This document shows positions 1-16,663 of a DNA stretch of 64,000 nt, piece after piece (the first letter of the stretch is position 1; every line of letters starts with the position of its first letter). The stretch comes from Pocillopora damicornis (taxonomy: Eukaryota): assembly GCF_003704095.1 (NCBI RefSeq), contig NW_020845647.1:620001-684000 (forward strand), written 5' to 3'. The translations under genes and the position numbers were made by a program. A model generated the notes under the pieces. That model did not search any database and had not been told where the DNA came from. It was given only the letters and a program-made list of their open reading frames with translations.

Positions 1-544
1 TTAAGACTAAAATCATGTAAAAACTGATATGGCTTAAAAATTGCTGATACCATAAGAAAAAATACTATTTAAAATTTTACAGACATCAGGAAAGCACTAA
101 TTTAAAATCATGGGTCTGAGGCAAACATTTAAAATTGCCAAAAGTAGAGGCTTATTTTATTTCAGTTGGAGGTGAGTTCCAAACTTTTGGTGCAGCCATG
201 CTAAAAGAGTAAATAATCACCAATTTTTGCATAAGACTTACATAATGGATTATTTCAGTGACTTTCTTTGGTGGATCACAAAGAATAACTTGTTCCATAC
301 GTATAGTAGAGGTAAGATCAGTTATGTAGGACCATACCAAGCCACATATGGCCTTATATTTTAAAAGCACTATTTTGAAATTAATCCCTATGTGAATGGG
401 TGACCAATGAAGCTTCATAAGGAGAGGGATAGCAATTTGTTAATTAACTATTTGTATACATCTCCTCCATTGCTTGAGAAGGACACATACATTTTTGGAA
501 ATCCTTACAAAAAGCTTTCAATATGAAACATTGAATGCAAACTA

Positions 545-4253
<3,709 letters not shown>

Positions 4254-4426
4254 TTTGTTTCCTTCCGGAACTGGTTGTTCGCAAATAGTCGGTAAATAAT
4301 CGTAAATGAGATTCCAGGGCATGCGCGTTACTTCTGATGACCGCGTGCGCTGCCATTTTGAAGCGTTCAGTCAATGTTTGGTGGCTGTCTAACGATCCTT
4401 TGCAGTTTTGCCTCAACAGTCGACCG
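4254..4426. promoter_or_regulatory. Bidirectional promoter region between XYLB and the RBM4-like gene
   Basis: Divergent ATGs only 173 bp apart. CpG-rich, with YY1-like GCCATTTTG (4352-4360) and NRF1-like GGCATGCGC (4318-4326). Confidence 0.65.
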
Positions 4427-4987
4427 ATGCCTACTAAACTATTTGTAGGGAACATCTCAGAATCATGCAGTGAAGACGATCTTAAGGAAGCCTTCGAAAA
4501 ATACGGTACCATTGTGGAGCATGCAATAGTTCGAAATTATGCATTTGTGCATTTTGAGAATAAAGAGGACGCCGAAAATGCGATAAAAGAGCTACATGAA
4601 ACGGAGCTGAAAGGCAATGTTATTAGAGTATTAATGTCAACCACTCCACATAAGAAGGGCAGGGGAGGTGGAGAAGGAAGAAGTCCGTACCCAAGAGACA
4701 GAGCACCGGGGAATTCTCGAGGTCCTCCTCGAGGTGGAGGCGGCGGTGGTTACTACCCTCCCGAAAGAAGCCGCTATCATCCATACTACGATCGCGAGTA
4801 CTACAGACAAGCACCCTATCCTTCGTCATACAGTCGAAGTTCTTATGGATATTACAGTACATACGACAGTGATTACAGGGACTATCAGCGGTCTTATCCG
4901 CCTTCATCATATTATTATGGAGACAGTAGATTTGGCGGGCCTGTTACTTACCCGGACACATCGAAGAGGCAATCGTGGGATCGTTAG
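4427..4987 (+). CDS. RBM4/lark-like RNA-binding protein, single RRM plus RGG and Tyr/Ser/Arg-rich tail (186 aa)
   Basis: MPTKLFVGNIS (RNP2) ... RNYAFVHF (RNP1) ... VLMST resembles RBM4-family RRMs. CDS is intronless. Confidence 0.85.
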   Translation: MPTKLFVGNISESCSEDDLKEAFEKYGTIVEHAIVRNYAFVHFENKEDAENAIKELHETELKGNVIRVLMSTTPHKKGRGGGEGRSPYPRDRAPGNSRGPPRGGGGGGYYPPERSRYHPYYDREYYRQAPYPSSYSRSSYGYYSTYDSDYRDYQRSYPPSSYYYGDSRFGGPVTYPDTSKRQSWDR

Positions 4988-5529
4988 CAACGTAACTTGG
5001 TTACAGTGTCCTTTTCTTAAAAAAGGGAAAAAAAACCAATGGAGGTCAGTTTGTCCTTGGGCATAAAAAAAGTGCTGTTTTTTGGATTGTAAGGTGCTTT
5101 TTTTTTACTTTTGTCTATACACAAGAATGCATGCTGTATACCATAGGAATCGTTCAGACAGGATAAGTGGAAAATCATTATTTGTAATAAATTATACCTA
5201 CAGAGATGGTCAGCAGAGATCCTGGTGACTCTGATGGCCGTACTTCTTTTAGGCTGTTATCTTTTCTGTGTATACTTGTTCAACTGCCCACTAATTATGT
5301 TTATACTTTTATTTAGTTTTGTAAGTGAAGATACAACCATCCCAGAATTAATAATTACACGTCTTTGCCTTCACCATATGGCAACCTTAATCCTAAGCAT
5401 ATTGCAGGATAGGGAAAGTCCTTGATATCCAATGACATACAGGCTGTTTGTTTTTGTAATATGCAAACTTGAGACAAATAGCAAAGTTGAATCTTTTCCA
5501 CTTGTGCTCACTAGACTTTGTTTTGTTTG

Positions 5530-5737
5530 TTAACCCTTTAACTCCCAGATCAAATTTGTAATTCTTCTTACTGTCAACCATACAATTCTTTCAATGTTAG
5601 TACAGAGAATTTAGTATTTGATCTGCAAATAATCCCCAAATTGATATTTTTCTTTATTCTCATTTATCTGGTTGAAATTGTATTGACATTGTAAGGAGAA
5701 ATTCTGTCCTGGTCACTTACGGGAGTTAAAGGTTTAA
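5530..5737. mobile_element. TTAA-flanked (piggyBac-type) MITE, second copy
   Basis: TTAA-CCCTTTAACTCCC ... GGGAGTTAAAGGT-TTAA. Aligns end to end with 3457-3667. Confidence 0.8.
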
Positions 5738-6455
5738 TTGTGAACATTCTGTGTTGTGTTTTATCAACATTAGGATAAATTCTTCTATATTGTTAGGCCA
5801 ACCTCATTAAATATTTTCACCTCCCATTGCCTGGCTGATCCATCTGTTTTTAAGAAAGAATCAAAAAGGAAAAGAAAAAAAAAAGAATTCCATTTGTATT
5901 GACTAACTTGCCAAATTTTCTAAAGTAGATTCTCAATTTAATCAAGCCTTTAAATCAGAAACTTTTGAGTTAGGAAAGCAATTTGAAGGGGGCAGCACCC
6001 ATATTTTTCTTTTCCAGGACCCACTGACCTACTTTCTTTATGAGGATGGGCTAATTATTCCCTGGCTTTCCTTATTTTCCATACAATGTTGATTGTGGTT
6101 GGCTGTCAGAGATTTAACTGGAAGGAAAACTATTATTTGTGAAAACTTTTCTAGTTCTTTTATCTCTTCAAGATTCACACCATGTAGTTGACATAATTTG
6201 AGATTAGTTCTGTTCCAATAGTTTGTGAAATTGTATAGTTCTTTCCTGTTGAAATCTAAGTACTCAAGGTATCCTGCAAAGGGGCTTTGTCCAAGTAGAT
6301 GCTAGGAACTGTTAAAACTTTTAACTTATATTACAAACATTTCTCAGTTAATCTCTAAATAAAATAGGAAAAAATGTGGTGAAACCCCTGCTTTGTTGAT
6401 TGTAACAACGGTATTCCCACATTTTAATATTCTTATTTTCCATACTGTTATCCCT

Positions 6456-7321
6456 TTAAGAGCGCTTGTCTGTAAAAATCAGACAAATTCCAAATTTCGC
6501 GGCAAGGGTGAAAAATTCGATTTCTTTCTTATTTTAATATTAGATAGGCTAGACTATAACTAAAATCACTGGATACTTTTTTTAGCAAAATATCTTTTTA
6601 TTTCAGAGAAAATACAAATAACAAAATTCCGTTAAAATCGTCATTTTTAGAAGCAAATTATTGCACAAGTTTGAGGGCTTCGCATTCAAAAACGAATCAC
6701 AATCTCGTCTTTTCAACACTCAAATCTTCTTTTTCAACCTCATAAGACCTCACAAAACGATTTTTGTATACACTGCGTTCCTCTTTGCGTGTAAAATAAT
6801 TTAATTTCAAAAGCATACATTTCTCTTCAGTAGAAGTACTTTGTGAGCAAAGTTAATTTTCAGCATGTGCTAAACCTTCAAATGGATTAAGCTTTGGGCA
6901 GTAGAATAACGAAAAGATGTTCTCAATATTACTGTAAAAATTTCTTTGGGCAAACGATTGAGAGCGATACGAAAGCTTTTCAAAGTCTGTTAAAATGCAG
7001 TTATTTGACNNNNNNNNNNNNNNNNNNNNNNNNNNNNNNNNNNNNNNNNNNNNNNNNNNNNNNNNNNNNNNNNNNNNNNNNNNNNNNNNNNNNNNNNNNN
7101 NNNNNNNNNTCAAACTCGTGCAATAATTTGCTGCTAAAAATGACGATTTTAACGGAATTTCGTCATTCGTATTTTTTCTCTGAAATAAAAAGATATTTTG
7201 CCAAAAAAAGTATCCAGTGATTTTAGTTATAGCCTAGCCTGTCAAACATTAAAATAAGAAAGAAATCGAATTTTCCACCCTTGCCGCGATATGTTTGATT
7301 TTTACAGAGAAGCGCTCTTAA
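6456..7321. mobile_element. Long-TIR (foldback-like) DNA element with TTAA duplication, spanning an assembly gap
   Basis: About 6460-6674 is the reverse complement of about 7110-7317 (GAGCGCTT...AAGCGCTC). TTAA on both sides; N-gap at 7010-7109. Confidence 0.8.
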
Positions 7322-7434
7322 CTCCTACGAGTCACCAAGATAATTTCTCCATACAATGTAAATACTGAGTCAAGCAGAAAAATTTTGAGAAACATGAAAA
7401 CATCATTGAGGGGATTATAAGTTCATCCAATACC

Positions 7435-7553
7435 TAGCCTGAGTATTAGACTTTCCAAGGGTGTCAAGGTGGTATGAGATAGAAGGGAAAGCCTTCCACC
7501 TGCTCTTGCTTGGCCCCACCTTCCCTTCTGTTGGAAGGCCTTATACTTTAGGT
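7435..7553. mobile_element. Small MITE nested in a TTAA-type MITE
   Basis: Imperfect TIR TAGCCTGAGTATTAGACTTTCC ... GGAAGGCCTTATACTTTAGGTA, with TCCAATA on both sides. Confidence 0.5.
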
Positions 7554-8319
7554 ATCCAATAACAGATTCAGAGGCAGTAAGGAAAATTACGAATGAGATC
7601 TTGAGAGTGAAATGGTTAAGAGCTTCCTACTTTTTTTTTTAGCTAGAATTCCTTGTCCTGCCATCTGTCATATGATTAAATTTGAATTTGCTTTTTGCCA
7701 GAAGAATTACAGACCTCTTAGAAGTGACTTGATACAAACACCTTTTGTCAGAGGATTACAAAGCCAAATATCTAATTTAAACGAATTATGCTCTGTGTTC
7801 TTGGTATGAATACAACCTGTGAGATTTATTAATCTTTGGCAACATCTATGCCACAAGACCAAAGTTACTGCCCTGTGGGAAAGTATTTGTTTGGGAAGGT
7901 GTTAAAGTTGGATGTCACTATTTTGTCATTGAATTTCTTTCAGTCAATATTCATCGTTTTGTAAACTCAAAAGTATATCAACAAAGCATTGTTGTAGATT
8001 TCCTGCACTCTTTGTTTTATTGAAAAATTAGGGTAGTAATGTTTGGCCTGTTTTGCTTCCTTATATGAATCTTGTGACTGAATCAGGGATGCATTTATTT
8101 TGAGAATTGATCTTGTAATCACCCTTGATTTATCACAAAGAGAAAGTTTAACGCATTAAACGTCGCAAAAAATTTATGTAATCTGTTGAGTGAAATTAGT
8201 AGATTGCCAGAATAAAGTTTGTTTTAATTACCGGTAAATCCTCGAAAAAATTTGGAAGCGAGGGCCTCTATTCTTCCCACAATGCAACGAGGGCTGCCAG
8301 AGAGAGGGAGAGAGTGATC

Positions 8320-8835
8320 ATGGCGGATGATAAGGTTCCAGAAAGCTTTGAGTTGCTAGAAAACAATTGAACAGTTTGTAGAAACAACACGTCAAATAGG
8401 AATCATTGTCAGTGATTTTCAACCTGGAAGTCAAGGTGTTCTTAATCAGAAAATGTAAGCGACCTATCTTCGAGCGTTCCATGTATAATTTCGGGATGGA
8501 TTAATACAAAACCGTGATCGCTTCAGTGAAATGAAAGCGAAAACTTGGCTTAAATGTATGCTTAAATATGAATGTTCGTCTCCCTCTGTAACTGTTAACA
8601 TTGGGATTTCATCAGTCACCTTAAAGAGTGCTAGTTGATCATGAGTAATCTTGCCAAACAGCAGATCGGAATTAATAATTATACACAGATTCCTCCTTCC
8701 AGTGGCCTATCCACGTCTTATTAGTTTAATCTGTTTTTTGTTTTGTTTCACAAACTCGATGATGGAAAACATGAGGGAAATAGAGAAATGTAAAGCACGA
8801 GTTCAAGATGTAGAGGTTCCGCTGGAAGTATTTGA
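8320..8835 (+). pseudogene. MED10: Partial MED10 duplicate (exons 1-2), inactivated
   Basis: Close copy of 9198-9890. Exon 1 is 135 nt instead of 137 (2-bp deletion, giving MADDKVPESFELLENN*), and the exon-2 acceptor is CAC instead of CAG. The copy runs into the N-gap at 8923. Confidence 0.75.
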
Positions 8836-9241
8836 GTGAGTGCTTTGCTTTTGATTTCCATGTAAACTTATCATAACAGCTGATCATTATAACTAAGACC
8901 AAGCAATCATTAAAGTCAAGTANNNNNNNNNNNNNNNNNNNNNNNNNNNNNNNNNNNNNNNNNNNNNNNNNNNNNNNNNNNNNNNNNNNNNNNNNNNNNN
9001 NNNNNNNNNNNNNNNNNNNNNNCTTTGAAACTGGAAATTATGTATTAAGGTTCAGTTCATCATTTCCTCAAAAAACTATTTACCCTTTTTACTCTTAAAA
9101 TTCATCAAAAATAAATTTCTTCTTTCAAAACAATTCATTCACTAAGCAGAAAGGTAATGACAGTGAGGCTAAGAGAAAGAATAAAACATTAGAAACTACC
9201 GATAAATCCTCGAAAAAATTTGGAAGCGAGGGCCTCTATTC

Positions 9242-9254
9242 TTCCCACAATGCA
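9242..9254 (+). promoter_or_regulatory. ZNF143/STAF-like motif upstream of MED10 (duplicated at 8274-8286)
   Basis: TTCCCACAATGCA about 35 bp upstream of the ATG in both copies. Confidence 0.5.
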
Positions 9255-9287
9255 ACGAGGGCTGCCAGTGAGAGGGAGAGAGTGATC

Positions 9288-12200
9288 ATGGCGGATGATA
9301 AGGTTCCAGAAAGGTTCGAGTTGCTAGAGCAAACAATTGAACAGTTTGTAGAAACAACACGTCAAATAGGAATCATTGTCAGTGATTTTCAACCTGGAAG
9401 CCAAGGTGTTCTTAATCAGAAAATGTAAGCGACCTATCTTCGAGCGTTCTATGTATAATTTCGGGATGGATACAAAACCGTGATCGCTTGAAATGAAAGC
9501 GAAAACTTGGATAAAATATATGCTGAAATATGAATGTTCGTCTCCTTCTGTAAATTTTAACATTGGGATTTCGTCAGTCGCCTTAAGGAGTGCTAATTTA
9601 TCATGAGTCATCTTGCCAAACAGCAGATCGGAATTTATAATTAGACACAGATGCCTTCTTCAATTCCAGTGGCCTATCCACGTCTTACTAGTTTAAACTG
9701 TTTTTTGTTTTGTTTCAGAAACTCGATGATAGACAACATGAGGGAAATAGAGAAATGTAAAGCACATGTTCAAGATGTAGAGGTTCCGCTGGAAGTATTT
9801 GAGTGAGTGCATTGCTGTTGATTTCCATGTAAACTTATCATTACAACTGGTCATTATAACCGAGACCAAGCAATCATTAAAAGTCAAGTATGCCACGAAC
9901 ATTATACTATTTTTATCCGCAGCATTACAAAAGAATGCATAGAAACATTTTCACTGCGTTTTGAGGTTGCAAAGTGTAACATAACTGTTAAAAAAATTGT
10001 ATTAAACCGTATTTCCTGAAGTAAGTGCCCAGGCGCTAGTCAAAATTTCGGCTCAAAAGAGGGGTGCTTATTGGAAGGAGGACGCTTAATCAAGGGAGCG
10101 CTTGTTAAAATTTTCCTTTCAATGAAATGAAACTTTATTTTGGCCTCGAAAAACTACAAAATTGTCCACGTAGATGTCGTGTTCAGATCGAGCTATCATT
10201 CATCACAGAGCTTTCAATAAGACCCCGGCGCTCGCCAGAGTTCTGGGGATATTCTGTTGTAAATCACTGGGTATACTTGGCCACATCTAGTTGAAGCTCA
10301 ATTGTTTATGATCTTGTGTTAAACATGAGCTGTTGGAACAGTTAGAATTCATTGGCTGAATGATTTCATTCAATTATCTTATGTGAACATTAGTGGCTGA
10401 TGCATTAGTGATGAAACACTTCTGCAAATGAGAATACTCCAAGGGTTTTTCCAATAAATAAAACCTATGGAGTTCATTGCTGTATATCTTTAATTTCACT
10501 CAATCACAAAATATGCATTCTGTATTTCAAGGCAGAAGACACAGAGGGGGCATTTCAAATTAAAGCAGAAGAAGACTCTGTTAACAAAGATCATGGCATT
10601 AGAATGCAAATAGTTAAAGAAACTGTGAGTCGAAAAGTGATGTACAAATGGAAGACAATAGAATTTGGCTTGGCCAGGTGAAGAAAGGTTTAGATCACAA
10701 CATCAAAATTTAAGAAAATGTGTACACAGAAATTTGACAGACACAATACGTTATCTTGTATTGTTTTTGTAGACTGCCTTTTGCAAGTGTTTAGTCTGTT
10801 TAGAATTATATGATGTTGGATGGTTACCCTCATTTTGGCTCCTTCTGTGACTTTTTGGAAGCTTTCAAGTAAACACCTCAAGAGCTTTTCAAGTTCATTC
10901 AGTTGACTTTTGCCTTTATAAACAAGTTTTGATAAAAATTGATTGATATTGTCTTATCATATACCACATTTTCAGCAAAAGAAGAGATTTGGCTTTCCAA
11001 GAACATACTGACTCAAATTTTGGTCACCAGTAACCATATGTCTCTGCAGAGGACTTTTGTGTGAAACCCCTGCAGCAGGTTTCCATGTCAGCAAATGAAA
11101 GATTTTGATTAGAAATAAAACAATCGGTCAAACAATTGTTACAAAGAGACAAATATTTATGATCATTTGCCAAAGTTTAACACCAAAAACTCTGTTTGAA
11201 GCCAGTCTATGTGGAATAGAATTAATGGCTTATGGAAGGGAAATCACTTTTCAAAGTATTCTCAACAAATGCTTTACTGAGGTAGCCACCTGTTTCAAAT
11301 CTTATCAAAAGCACTGCGTCATCAACTGTTTTCTACAAAACCATCCCAATAAATCTATTATCTTATAAATTACTGGTCCTGGAGGACAAGGAAATAGTCT
11401 AGCTGTTCCTGGTTAATTTATGGTATTAACTGAACAGGGTAATAGGAAAAAAAATTAAAGGACAGATAACGCACATAAAGGAACTCTGTAAGCATTAGGA
11501 GATAAAAATAATTGAAAGAGAAAGTATTCTCCTTTGCTGATTTTGCTGTAATTGAAACAGAAAAAAAGTCAGATTAAGTGGCAATAGAACTGTTTTCCTC
11601 ATACTCCCACTATCTACATATAAGATAGTGACTAAGGAGGAGGGGGGATACTTATTCTAGAAGGGGGAGTTTGATGTTATAGCATATAGGGTTGGGCACT
11701 TATCAGTGGAAGTACAGTATGTTTGGAGCCCAGTGCTCCGTTCATAGGCTGATAAACCAGCAATTCATTTTTTTTTTAGATACTGGAGCTCATTATACCT
11801 TTGATTCAAACTTAGTGAACCGTGGTGCCATATTTTCTGATAATAGGTACATAGATCAGGGAAGAAATCCTCAGCTGTATACTAAAGACTGTCTTGAGAA
11901 AGCACTAGAAAAAAATCAGCAAGTGAATGGCAAAATAGATGCTTACAAGGTGAGTTTTCCTTTCCTGATAATCTTTGTGGGTTATCAACAGCAAGTTAAT
12001 AATGGTTGGGAAACTTTTGTAGCAAAAACAAATTGGCACCATGTAAAAACACTATAAATGAGCTTCAGAGGAAAGGAGGACTACAGGGAAGGCTACTTTG
12101 CCGGAATATTCTGAACTGAGGTGAAATTCTTTGAAATTCTGAAAGATATGTGAGGAAAATGCAGTTCACCTGACTTAACACGAGAAAGGTTAAAAGCATT

Positions 12201-12744
12201 GCAGAAAACCTCTTCCATTTTACTAAATTTAAGTTACAATTTTTCTCTTCCTCTTGTATTCATGCATGGCGTTCATGATTTCACAAATTGGCCAATCACA
12301 TCAAAGGAATTTAACCTTGACATTTTTCATGTATTTTTAGTTTGTTTTCATGGAGTTTAAGTTGTTTTTTAGCTTCTGTTTGCGTAAATTTGTCACTGCT
12401 TTGTTTGGAATTTAAAGAAGTTTCAGAGTTTTTAATTTAGTCAAATGTTGAGGTTCATTTAATAAATTTAATACATAGTCTTTGAAAGCATCATGGGAAG
12501 ATTACCTCTGAGTTTCACTCACTGTCAATGCTTGTTTTCAACAAAACTACCATGCACTGCATTGTAAGCATTTACTGAAACCATATGCTTGTTTTGTTGT
12601 GTACCACTATTGGAGTAAATGATGATGACTTTTTCCCCATTTAAACAGAACTTCAAGTCACTTCTTGTTGACGAACTTTCAAAGCATTTTCCCAAGGAAA
12701 TTGATGAATACCAGAACATCAAAGAGCGGCAGATGAAGACATGA
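9288..12744 (+). CDS. MED10: Mediator of RNA polymerase II transcription subunit 10 (139 aa)
   Basis: Exons 9288-9424, 9719-9802, 11847-11949 and 12649-12744 splice in frame. Motifs: IEQFVETTRQIGIIVSDFQPGSQGVLNQK, VPLEVFEYIDQGRNPQLYTKDCLEKAL, ELSKHFP. AATAAA at 12801. Confidence 0.95.
10007..11717. mobile_element. Degenerate pogo/Tc1-like DNA transposon in MED10 intron 2
   Basis: Left end CCGTATTTCCTGAAGTAAGTGCCCA is an imperfect inverted match to the right end TGGGCACTTATCAGTGGAAGTACAG-TA. No intact transposase. Confidence 0.5.
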
Positions 12745-13937
12745 TTCTGGATGGAGATTCTATTTTATTAGAATGTAACCAGTTTGTAAATAATTATGTA
12801 AATAAAATCCTGGTTGGCAGCTAAACCTTCTCTGTCTCTATGGCCTATATGCTTGTCAAGGCTGTTTACTAGTTTGGAGCCCATCGGCAAAGAAAGGTCT
12901 TTTAAAGTTTTTTTGACCACAAGTCATGCCTGTCACAAGCTCCCCCACCCCAACATTTAGATGTCTGCAAGGGAGGATCAAATCATGACAGCTCTACAAT
13001 TAAAAGGTTTACACCCACATGTGATTCCTGTCACATTCCTTGATGCAGTTATTGTGCAGCTTCTTCAATTAAAAATTTTTATTCCCAACTAGAGATTTCA
13101 ATATAAATTTTATCAAGATAACTATTTCAGACAACTTCATTGTTACTGTTGATAGAAAAGCTGCTCTGTATGTATCCTACAACAACAAGCACATTTCCTT
13201 TATTACTTAACAACATTCTTTGCCAGGGGGGTGATGTAATGCATCATGGTGTTTTGAAGACATTTAGAAACAAAATAATGCATCCATCAAAAATGCTAAA
13301 AGACAGACACTATAGTTGCTAGCCTCATAAAGTACCATTTTAATCTATGCAAGATGAATTAACATTAAAGAGATGTCTTGACAGGGTTTTTGTTCATAAT
13401 GTCAGCTGGCTGAGGGAACCACTCAAAGTTGTAGAGTGACAATTATTTTCTTCAAAATGAGGAAGAAGTACCCTTAAGAAGAGAAAGAAGTCCAGATAAT
13501 ACCCATAGAAAAGTGGTTGAGGCTCTCCATTCATTACATACAATTGGTACAGGAATCCATAAAGAGCAAGAAAAAGAAGTTCCAGACCAGACAGATTCAA
13601 TACATTATCAACTTGCTTAATGTAACCAAATTATCCGGTTAATGAAATACCTGTATTAAATAAATTTAAGCAGTGTTGCTCTGATATCACAGAACACTAA
13701 CACAGTTTGAAGCATGGTCAATATTCATAACTTCACTTAATTATTTTCAACTTATGGCAGAATAAGATTCTGTTGTTTGAGTCTCCTTCAAAGAGGCCTT
13801 CGATGTACATNNNNNNNNNNNNNNNNNNNNNNNNNNNNNNNNNNNNNNNNNNNNNNNNNNNNNNNNNNNNNNNNNNNNNNNNNNNNNNNNNNNNNNNNNN
13901 NNNNNNNNNNGAAAAAATACATTCCTCTTTGACTCAC

Positions 13938-16288
13938 TTGTTAACTTCTTGGTCTTGAGTATAAGTTACTGTCTCATCTACATCCGCCCAGCCTGACAGT
14001 GTTACATTCCTACTAGTCATTGTCATTGTCTTTTTAACTGGATCAACAACAGAGTGTTCATAGGCATAACAGAGGTTATCAACTCCAATCATGTTACAAA
14101 CCCATGAAGGTAAAAATCCCTCAGTGCCTACAAGTCTAGTAGTGTGTAATTGTCCTTGTTCATCAACATGTCTCTCCAGAACATCCATAGTTTTCACATT
14201 AGGATTGAGATCATTAGGATACTTTCTCCATACTGCTTGAGTGACACGATCCCAGCAGTGACTTTGAGAAAAAAACAATAACATTAGTTACTACCATGAG
14301 AATGCTGAAGATACAAATAATTAAATTTTTTTACCAAAGCCTTTCAGAGAGACTGACACCTAAGTACTGAGGTTAACTTGTATGTCAAAGTCACTCTGTT
14401 GCAAATAATTGACTGCGATTATGTGTACTTTTTAGAACTAAACCTTTCCATGGGTGCTATTTCAAATGAAATTTCTCTTCTCTTTAGCTCTTGGTTTAGT
14501 TTACCTTCACAAAGAAAGCAATTTCACATCTTAAATCAGTGACAATCTAAGCATCTACTTGGAACCTTCGTTTGAAGCTGGTTTAGAATCTTTGGATCTT
14601 GTATCATGGAATGAAGTTCATTTTTGAACACATTTTATAAGATAAAACATTTATGATTTACAGAGAATTCCTTTTGCATGAGTGGTTTTGATGAAACAGA
14701 TTTCCCAACAGAATGCAGGAAAAAAAACAACAATTCAATTCGAGCATTAAGCATTGTTCAGTGATTAAGTATTGCTTCAGAGACACCTATGTTGATCTGA
14801 ATTAGAATATTTAGATGAACATTCTTAGCTAAGAATTATTAAATTAATTATTAAAGAGTCATCCCTGGGAAGCTTGTTGGTTATATAACATTGCTAGTAA
14901 TGAGGAAGTAACAAAATAGCCACTAAGGATAACCCTAGTCAGTCTGATTAATTGCAAACAAAGTAGAAACACAACCTTCCGACACACTTTTATTGTAATT
15001 CTAGCATATGTATCACCCCTACCAAGCAGTCAAACTGTGCATGAAGCTACCTCTCAGTCTTGTCTTTAAGTGATAGTTCAGCCACACCAAGTGGAGTGCA
15101 ACAAACAAAATGTTGACTAAAAATGTCTGATATTGGAGCTAAGGCTTAAGAATTAATGAACAACCAAACAAACCATGTTAAGCCTAGTTCAGACACTGTA
15201 CTTCAGCTGCACCAAATCAAATTCCTCAATAGGCTGACCTAAGTTAGGTAATCCTGGCTGAATTGAGTCAAATGCTGAACTAGTTCAGATGCTCAACTTT
15301 ATTTGGCCAAAATTAATTAATCAAAGACAGTTAATATTCTGTCATTGGTTTAGCAAACAATTAAAAACATGGCAGACACCATGGATTTCAGAAGCAATCT
15401 GCAAGCAAGAGACTTTCTTCTACTCAAAATGCTGGAAAACAGTGTAAAAAGAAGAAGAAGAATGCAAACCATCTTAGCCTATTTTGCAGCCAGAAGAAGA
15501 TAAGTGATAACCGTCTCATCATACTTCACATGAACTTAATTCGTTGAATTTGATTCTGCTCAGCTGAAGTACCGCATCTGAACTGGACCCTAACTGCAAT
15601 CATTATGATGAATGATATAGTTTCACAAGTTCAGAGGCTGTCTCCATACTTAAAACGTCCAGTATAATAAACATTGACTGAGACAAAGTCGACCTCAAAC
15701 ATATTATAAAATCTACTTTCCCAGTTTTTTCACTTAAGGGCTCCCAATACACAACAACTTCACATGTCGATGGTTACGTAATGGGGAAGGACTGAAGTGT
15801 TGGCTGCAGCGTTATTTACTTTCTTATGCCAACTCAGCGGAGAAAAAAATTGAACACTTAAGCCTTGAGCAAGGATTTCTGGCCTATGGAAGACAGAAAG
15901 TGATGTTTCACAGTAAACTTCTGCCGAAAATTAGCACGATTGCAATCAAGTCAAGTTTCACGTTGCTATAAACATTTAAGAGGGCACTTGTTTGTACATG
16001 CATGGTTGAATTTTCAAACGAAAGAAAAGTTTCAAACCCATTAAACCATAAATCAAGGAATAAAAATTTCTACTTTAAGCTTGAAGCAAAGAGGCCTCAG
16101 TTGTTTGATTACAAAATGGACATGATGTGGAGTACGTTTCCGACATCACACGTGAGTTTCAATTTATAGCACGTGAATGTATGGGGACTTCAGAAATCGA
16201 CACACATTTTTTAGCTTAAAGTTGATGAAAAAGGAACAAAATGGTTTATAACTCACTTGAAGATATGTTCTGAAGACCAAAATTTCAT
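13938..16288 (-). CDS. PRELID3B: PRELI-domain lipid transfer protein (slowmo/PRELID3); 3' part interrupted by N-gap
   Basis: Exon 16288-16257 (MKFWSSEHIFN) splices to 14261-13938 (HCWDRVTQAVWRKYPNDLNPNV...DVLERHVD...EHSVVDP...SRNVT). A probable last-exon remnant lies at about 13750-13810, past the gap. Confidence 0.9.
15178..15593. mobile_element. MITE with imperfect ~45-bp TIRs (Harbinger-like)
   Basis: CTAGTTCAGACACTGTACTTCAGCTGCACCAAATCAAATTC versus GAATTTGATTCTGCTCAGCTGAAGTACCGCATCTGAACTGG. Confidence 0.6.
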
Positions 16289-16663
16289 AGCTCAGGATCA
16301 AATGTTGTAGAGAGTGTCTTACCGCTGAAATAACGTACAACAAGTCTAAACTTTGCCACTGCCTTCACGTCATGTGCAGTGAACAAAGTCCGATCTTACG
16401 CAACTGTACGATTTGATTGGTCGAAGAACATTATGCAATAAGGATATGCGGATGACGCAACAAGATGACAGGAAAATTTTGGAAAACCGAAGTGCACCGT
16501 GGGACATGTTAAAGTTACATGAAAGTCATAAAGCTACAGCAGATATCCGCTGACGTAGATTCAAGATGGCGGCCTTCAAACCGTGTACCGTTCTTTACAC
16601 TGCCTTAGGATCAAATTTTCGTTCTCTCCTTTGACGAAGTTTCTCTTTTTCCCATTACAAATT
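16289..16663. promoter_or_regulatory. Bidirectional promoter region between PRELID3 and NELFCD
   Basis: Divergent ATGs 375 bp apart. CCAAT box (ATTGG 16416-16420), TGACG half-CRE sites and YY1 consensus CAAGATGGCGGC (16562-16573). Confidence 0.65.
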
